From a virus (Duplodnaviria; Caudoviricetes): a stretch of 27,638 nucleotides of DNA. The notes below the pieces were generated by a model. The model searched no databases. It was not told where the DNA came from and saw only the letters and a list, made by a program, of their open reading frames with translations. Position numbers and translations under genes: made by a program. Location: the IMG/VR virus record IMGVR_UViG_3300024999_000325, positions 1 to 27,638 of that record; one strand, written 5' to 3'. Shown here piece by piece: positions 24,491-27,638 of the stretch (positions within the stretch are counted from its first letter, which is position 1; each line of letters begins with the position of its first letter).

Positions 24491-25616
24491 CTCCTTTCGG
24501 CTCTTCAGTTATGTCTTCGACTTTGGGCGCTTCGTGCAGCTTGTCTACTTCTGCATACTCTCTACGGATATAGAACTTATCTCCGTCTGCTCTGGGAGTC
24601 ATATTAAAGATTTCCGCGCCCATGTTGTGCGTTAAAAAGCCGCGGTCAAATAGTTGAGTAACGATAGCCAGCTTGGTTTCGTTAGTCGCGTATTGGAGTC
24701 GGTTCGCGGTAAACATTATTTGATTGCCGTGTGCTATTTCGCGCTGTGTGAATGTCATATTCGACATTACAAGGCTAAGTTGGATTGCAATAGTCTCTAA
24801 TTTACCTTCGTAAAATGCGTTCCACGAATCCTCCGTGAAATCGTTCTGTAAAATCTTTTCGTTGACTCCGAAATAGTTAAATACGCTTGTTTTAATAAGC
24901 GCCATTTGTTTATCGTCAATAATGAACGGTTTTGAGTCGATTTGCTTGACTTCGGAATACTTATTATCAAACATCAGGACACCTGAGTTGTTTTCGTAAG
25001 ACAAATTATCCTGCGTAAACCTTAATCTTTCGGCTGCGATGTCTGCGGATTTAAATGTGTTGGCCAGTTTCGCCATAAATCGAATTGTCGCGGACTGTTT
25101 GACTCCCTCGATGATGCCTTGATTCTGGACATTCATTAATTGCATCAATGGGTCTAAAACAGAGTTATCAGCGCCAAAAAAGTCATCTTTATACTGCATC
25201 TGAGTCAGGACTCCGACTTTGCTGAACTCTATGGCCGCTTTTCTGCCGTTGGAGAATGTGTAACGAAGATAAGGCTCGCCTTTATACTCGATGATCTCAG
25301 TCTGAGTCGGCAAAAGAGGGAAATACCCGGTTATCTTAATGCCGTCATCGGTTATAGGCACGATAAAGGCTGTGTTTCTGACCATCAGGATAGTGACCAG
25401 CCTATAAAGAAACTTTGTTGTGTCCTGCCACGGATTAGGCTGGAATTTTAACCGTTCTCCGAGTTCTTTATATGCGTTGCCGGTCATTTCAGGCTTTAAT
25501 TTGCTTGCCTGAGATGCTATCGCGTGAATGGCCGCCCGGGCCGCTAATGTTTTAAAATATCCGGCGACAAGCTCTTCCGCCTTCGGCTTTTTAAAAATAG
25601 TCTCGAAGATTCCCAA
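24447..25616 (-). CDS. Portal protein, HK97 family (possible short N-terminal deletion)
   Basis: AIHAIASQASKL, QPNPWQ..KFLY, YFGVNEKIL; lies between terminase and protease genes. Confidence 0.9.
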   Translation of the reverse strand: MGIFETIFKKPKAEELVAGYFKTLAARAAIHAIASQASKLKPEMTGNAYKELGERLKFQPNPWQDTTKFLYRLVTILMVRNTAFIVPITDDGIKITGYFPLLPTQTEIIEYKGEPYLRYTFSNGRKAAIEFSKVGVLTQMQYKDDFFGADNSVLDPLMQLMNVQNQGIIEGVKQSATIRFMAKLANTFKSADIAAERLRFTQDNLSYENNSGVLMFDNKYSEVKQIDSKPFIIDDKQMALIKTSVFNYFGVNEKILQNDFTEDSWNAFYEGKLETIAIQLSLVMSNMTFTQREIAHGNQIMFTANRLQYATNETKLAIVTQLFDRGFLTHNMGAEIFNMTPRADGDKFYIRREYAEVDKLHEAPKVEDITEEPKGDEQIDNKGQAVSQV

Positions 25617-25640
25617 TGTGCCACCCTCTCATTTTTGAGT

Positions 25641-25668
25641 AATAAAAAAGAGAGCGGTTTGCTCTCTT
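25641..25668 (-). terminator. Terminator-like hairpin between terL and portal
   Basis: AAGAGAGC-AAACC-GCTCTCTT then TTTTATT on the minus strand. Confidence 0.6.
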
Positions 25669-25669
25669 G

Positions 25670-27370
25670 TCAGATTAAATTGTGATAGTCCTCATAGTGG
25701 GTAACGTATATGACATACGCATCTATGAGTGAAACTGTTCCGTCAATACGCTGTTTGGAGTTGCGCCCTTTGACAGGTCTGATATTATCGTTTTTATCTA
25801 TCTCAACTTGCGTATTTGTGAGATTCCATTTCAGAAGCGGATTATTGTTATAGTTTATTTTCCGCTCTTTAAACTCTGCGGCCAGTTCTTTCATCGGAGC
25901 GCTCATTGTTTGAGGCCCTTGCCGTACTTCTTCCATGATGAAGTTATTTGACTGCATTTCCAAAGTGTAATACTGTGCTGACCATGAGTCGTAACCTACC
26001 CAAAGCGGAAATATGCCGTATGTCTCGCGCATCTCAATAAACCACGCTGTAACATCGGAGTAATTTACCCTTTGACCATCGCATAACTTAACGAGGTCTT
26101 GTTTTTCCCATGCGGAATAAGGAACCCGGTCATCGTGTTCTTTTTGCTCGGCTATATCTCGGGCGATAAAGTACATCTGACGGACATACAGCTTGTTATC
26201 TTTCTTCCACAATAAGGTCGCACAGGTGAGGTCAGTTGTGGATGATAAGTCAACTCCGCCGACTGCGTATGTGTCTTTGAAATCCTCTATTTTGTAAATT
26301 TCTTCGTTGTTAATTTCGTCAAAGTTCAACCACGATCCGGCAACAGTGTCCCTGACGTTGAAGTCTTTGCATAAGAGGTTAGATTGCTTAGTAGGGTTTG
26401 CCAGAGCAGCGTTTACTTTGTCTAAAAGCTTTTCGCTGTCCTTAATTGTGCCAAGCCCCGGGTTTGCCTTAATGTGCATAGCCGGGTCTTTCCACTCTTC
26501 GCGATTATCCAGTTCGTAAATGGCCGCAAATAATCGGTCATCCTTAAATCCGTCAATCTCGAATATGGATTGACTTGCCGCGGCATATTCTTGGTCGAAC
26601 ACGGCCTCACGGACTGTCCCTGCTGTCGTAGTCTCTAAGAATAAAGGCTGCGTCCTTGCGCTCATGCCGTCATAGATTACATCGTATAAATTTTGGTCTT
26701 TCCATGCATGTATCTCATCGGCTAAAGCACAGTGTGGATTCAAGCCGTCAAGGTTATCGGAGTCTGATGCTAAAAACTTAAAGAACGAATCGTTATGCTC
26801 TCCGACTAATTCCGCGACAAGACATTTTATCTTCTTGCGCAGTGTCGGAGACTTCTTGACCATGCGCTTTGCTTCAAGCCATATAATTTTTGCCTGGTCT
26901 TTCTTCGTAGCAACTGCAAAAATTTCAGGACCGGCTTCGCCATCGGCAACTTGCATATATAGACCAATTGACGAAGATAAAGTTGACTTACCATTCTTAC
27001 GCGCGACTACAAGCAAAGCCTTAGTGTGTTTGCGTAGTCCGTTTGAACCGACAAAGCCATATATCGCCGCAACAAAAGCCTTCTGCCACAGCTCCAAAAC
27101 TAACGACTCACCGCCCCATTTGCCCTTAGAGTGCTTGCAGTATCTTTCGATGAATGTTATAGCATGATTGGCTTTTACTTCGTCATAATGCCATATACCG
27201 GGGTTAAGAATTATCTGTTCTAACTTGAAATACTCGGTTTTAATCTTCAGGCATACTATAATCTTGCCTGATCTGATTAAGTCGCAATATTGTATTATCG
27301 GGTTAGAGTAATTCGTGATGAGATTATTTTTTTGCGGCTGCAAAGTCTTCAAGGTCATCACCTGTCCCAT
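25670..27370 (-). CDS. terL: Terminase large subunit (exact start uncertain)
   Basis: ARKNGKS Walker A, ADEIH Walker B, TTAG, GVDLS...DLT, RIDG. Confidence 0.95.
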   Translation of the reverse strand: MGQVMTLKTLQPQKNNLITNYSNPIIQYCDLIRSGKIIVCLKIKTEYFKLEQIILNPGIWHYDEVKANHAITFIERYCKHSKGKWGGESLVLELWQKAFVAAIYGFVGSNGLRKHTKALLVVARKNGKSTLSSSIGLYMQVADGEAGPEIFAVATKKDQAKIIWLEAKRMVKKSPTLRKKIKCLVAELVGEHNDSFFKFLASDSDNLDGLNPHCALADEIHAWKDQNLYDVIYDGMSARTQPLFLETTTAGTVREAVFDQEYAAASQSIFEIDGFKDDRLFAAIYELDNREEWKDPAMHIKANPGLGTIKDSEKLLDKVNAALANPTKQSNLLCKDFNVRDTVAGSWLNFDEINNEEIYKIEDFKDTYAVGGVDLSSTTDLTCATLLWKKDNKLYVRQMYFIARDIAEQKEHDDRVPYSAWEKQDLVKLCDGQRVNYSDVTAWFIEMRETYGIFPLWVGYDSWSAQYYTLEMQSNNFIMEEVRQGPQTMSAPMKELAAEFKERKINYNNNPLLKWNLTNTQVEIDKNDNIRPVKGRNSKQRIDGTVSLIDAYVIYVTHYEDYHNLI

Positions 27371-27638
27371 TCGTGGACGGTTTCGGGAGTAAATCAGTCA
27401 ACTGTTTGATAATTGACATGTGATTTTTAATCATAGTGTTGTATGTCTCAACTTCGGGAGACTTCTTAGTGCCGAATTGGTTCTCACCGTTCTTGTATTC
27501 GCTGATGATTCCGTTTAAGTTGATACTTTCGCGGAGATCCTCTAAAGTTATCATCATAAATGCTGCATTATGTATGAGGGAGCTGGCAGCTTTCTTCGTG
27601 TCATCGTCCATAGCGTGAAATATGCTGTCAAGTTTAGC
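27324..27638 (-). CDS. terS: Terminase small subunit (5' end outside the window)
   Basis: Frame is open to the window edge; YKNGENQFGTKKSPEVETYN motif; upstream of terL. Confidence 0.8.
   Translation of the reverse strand, partial: AKLDSIFHAMDDDTKKAASSLIHNAAFMMITLEDLRESINLNGIISEYKNGENQFGTKKSPEVETYNTMIKNHMSIIKQLTDLLPKPSTNGTGDDLEDFAAAKK

Larger units (their letters stand above)
1..27638. mobile_element. Temperate siphophage genome segment, probably excised/circular form spanning attP
   Basis: Continuous replication, lysogeny, lysis, tail and head modules with no host genes; int and lysis ends are joined across a tRNA 3'-half att site. Confidence 0.95.

Noticed and set aside
5780-25540. Shared 12-mer TGGCCGCCCGGG in antA/B and portal
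   Set aside because: A single 12-mer match in 27 kb is compatible with chance; the contexts are unrelated
10-27618. Many opposite-strand or nested ORFs in the track (e.g. 5484-6095, 6243-6512, 17695-18132, 22992-23546)
   Set aside because: They shadow well-supported genes, and I saw no SD or recognisable motif for them

Overview
The whole window is part of one temperate HK97-type siphophage genome. The host is probably a Firmicute (likely Clostridia-like), judged from GGAGG Shine-Dalgarno sites, sigmaA-type promoters and an SLH-bearing endolysin. Positions 1-7826 (minus strand) carry early and replication genes: replication initiator, SSB, HNH-like protein, Rad52/Sak-like recombinase, Mu Gam-like protein, AntA/B, Rha and a Cro-like regulator. 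Positions 7988-9800 (plus strand) carry a LexA-type CI repressor and a tyrosine integrase. An intact attP follows, made of the 3' half of tRNA-Arg(TCT) with arm-type repeats on both sides, so the sequence is probably the excised or virion form. Next come plus-strand accessory genes: a membrane-anchored DEDDh exonuclease and a two-gene operon apparently autorepressed by an RHH protein. Lysis, tail, head and terminase genes occupy 12032-27638 (minus strand). The most interesting signals are copies of the genetic-switch operator inside attP with no xis gene (possible Cox-like excision control), the accessory genes beside attP, a tiny antisense promoter-terminator unit, and an internal translation start in the capsid gene. 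The tape-measure and portal genes also show apparent small deletions. No database searches were run; family calls rest on recognised motifs and gene order.
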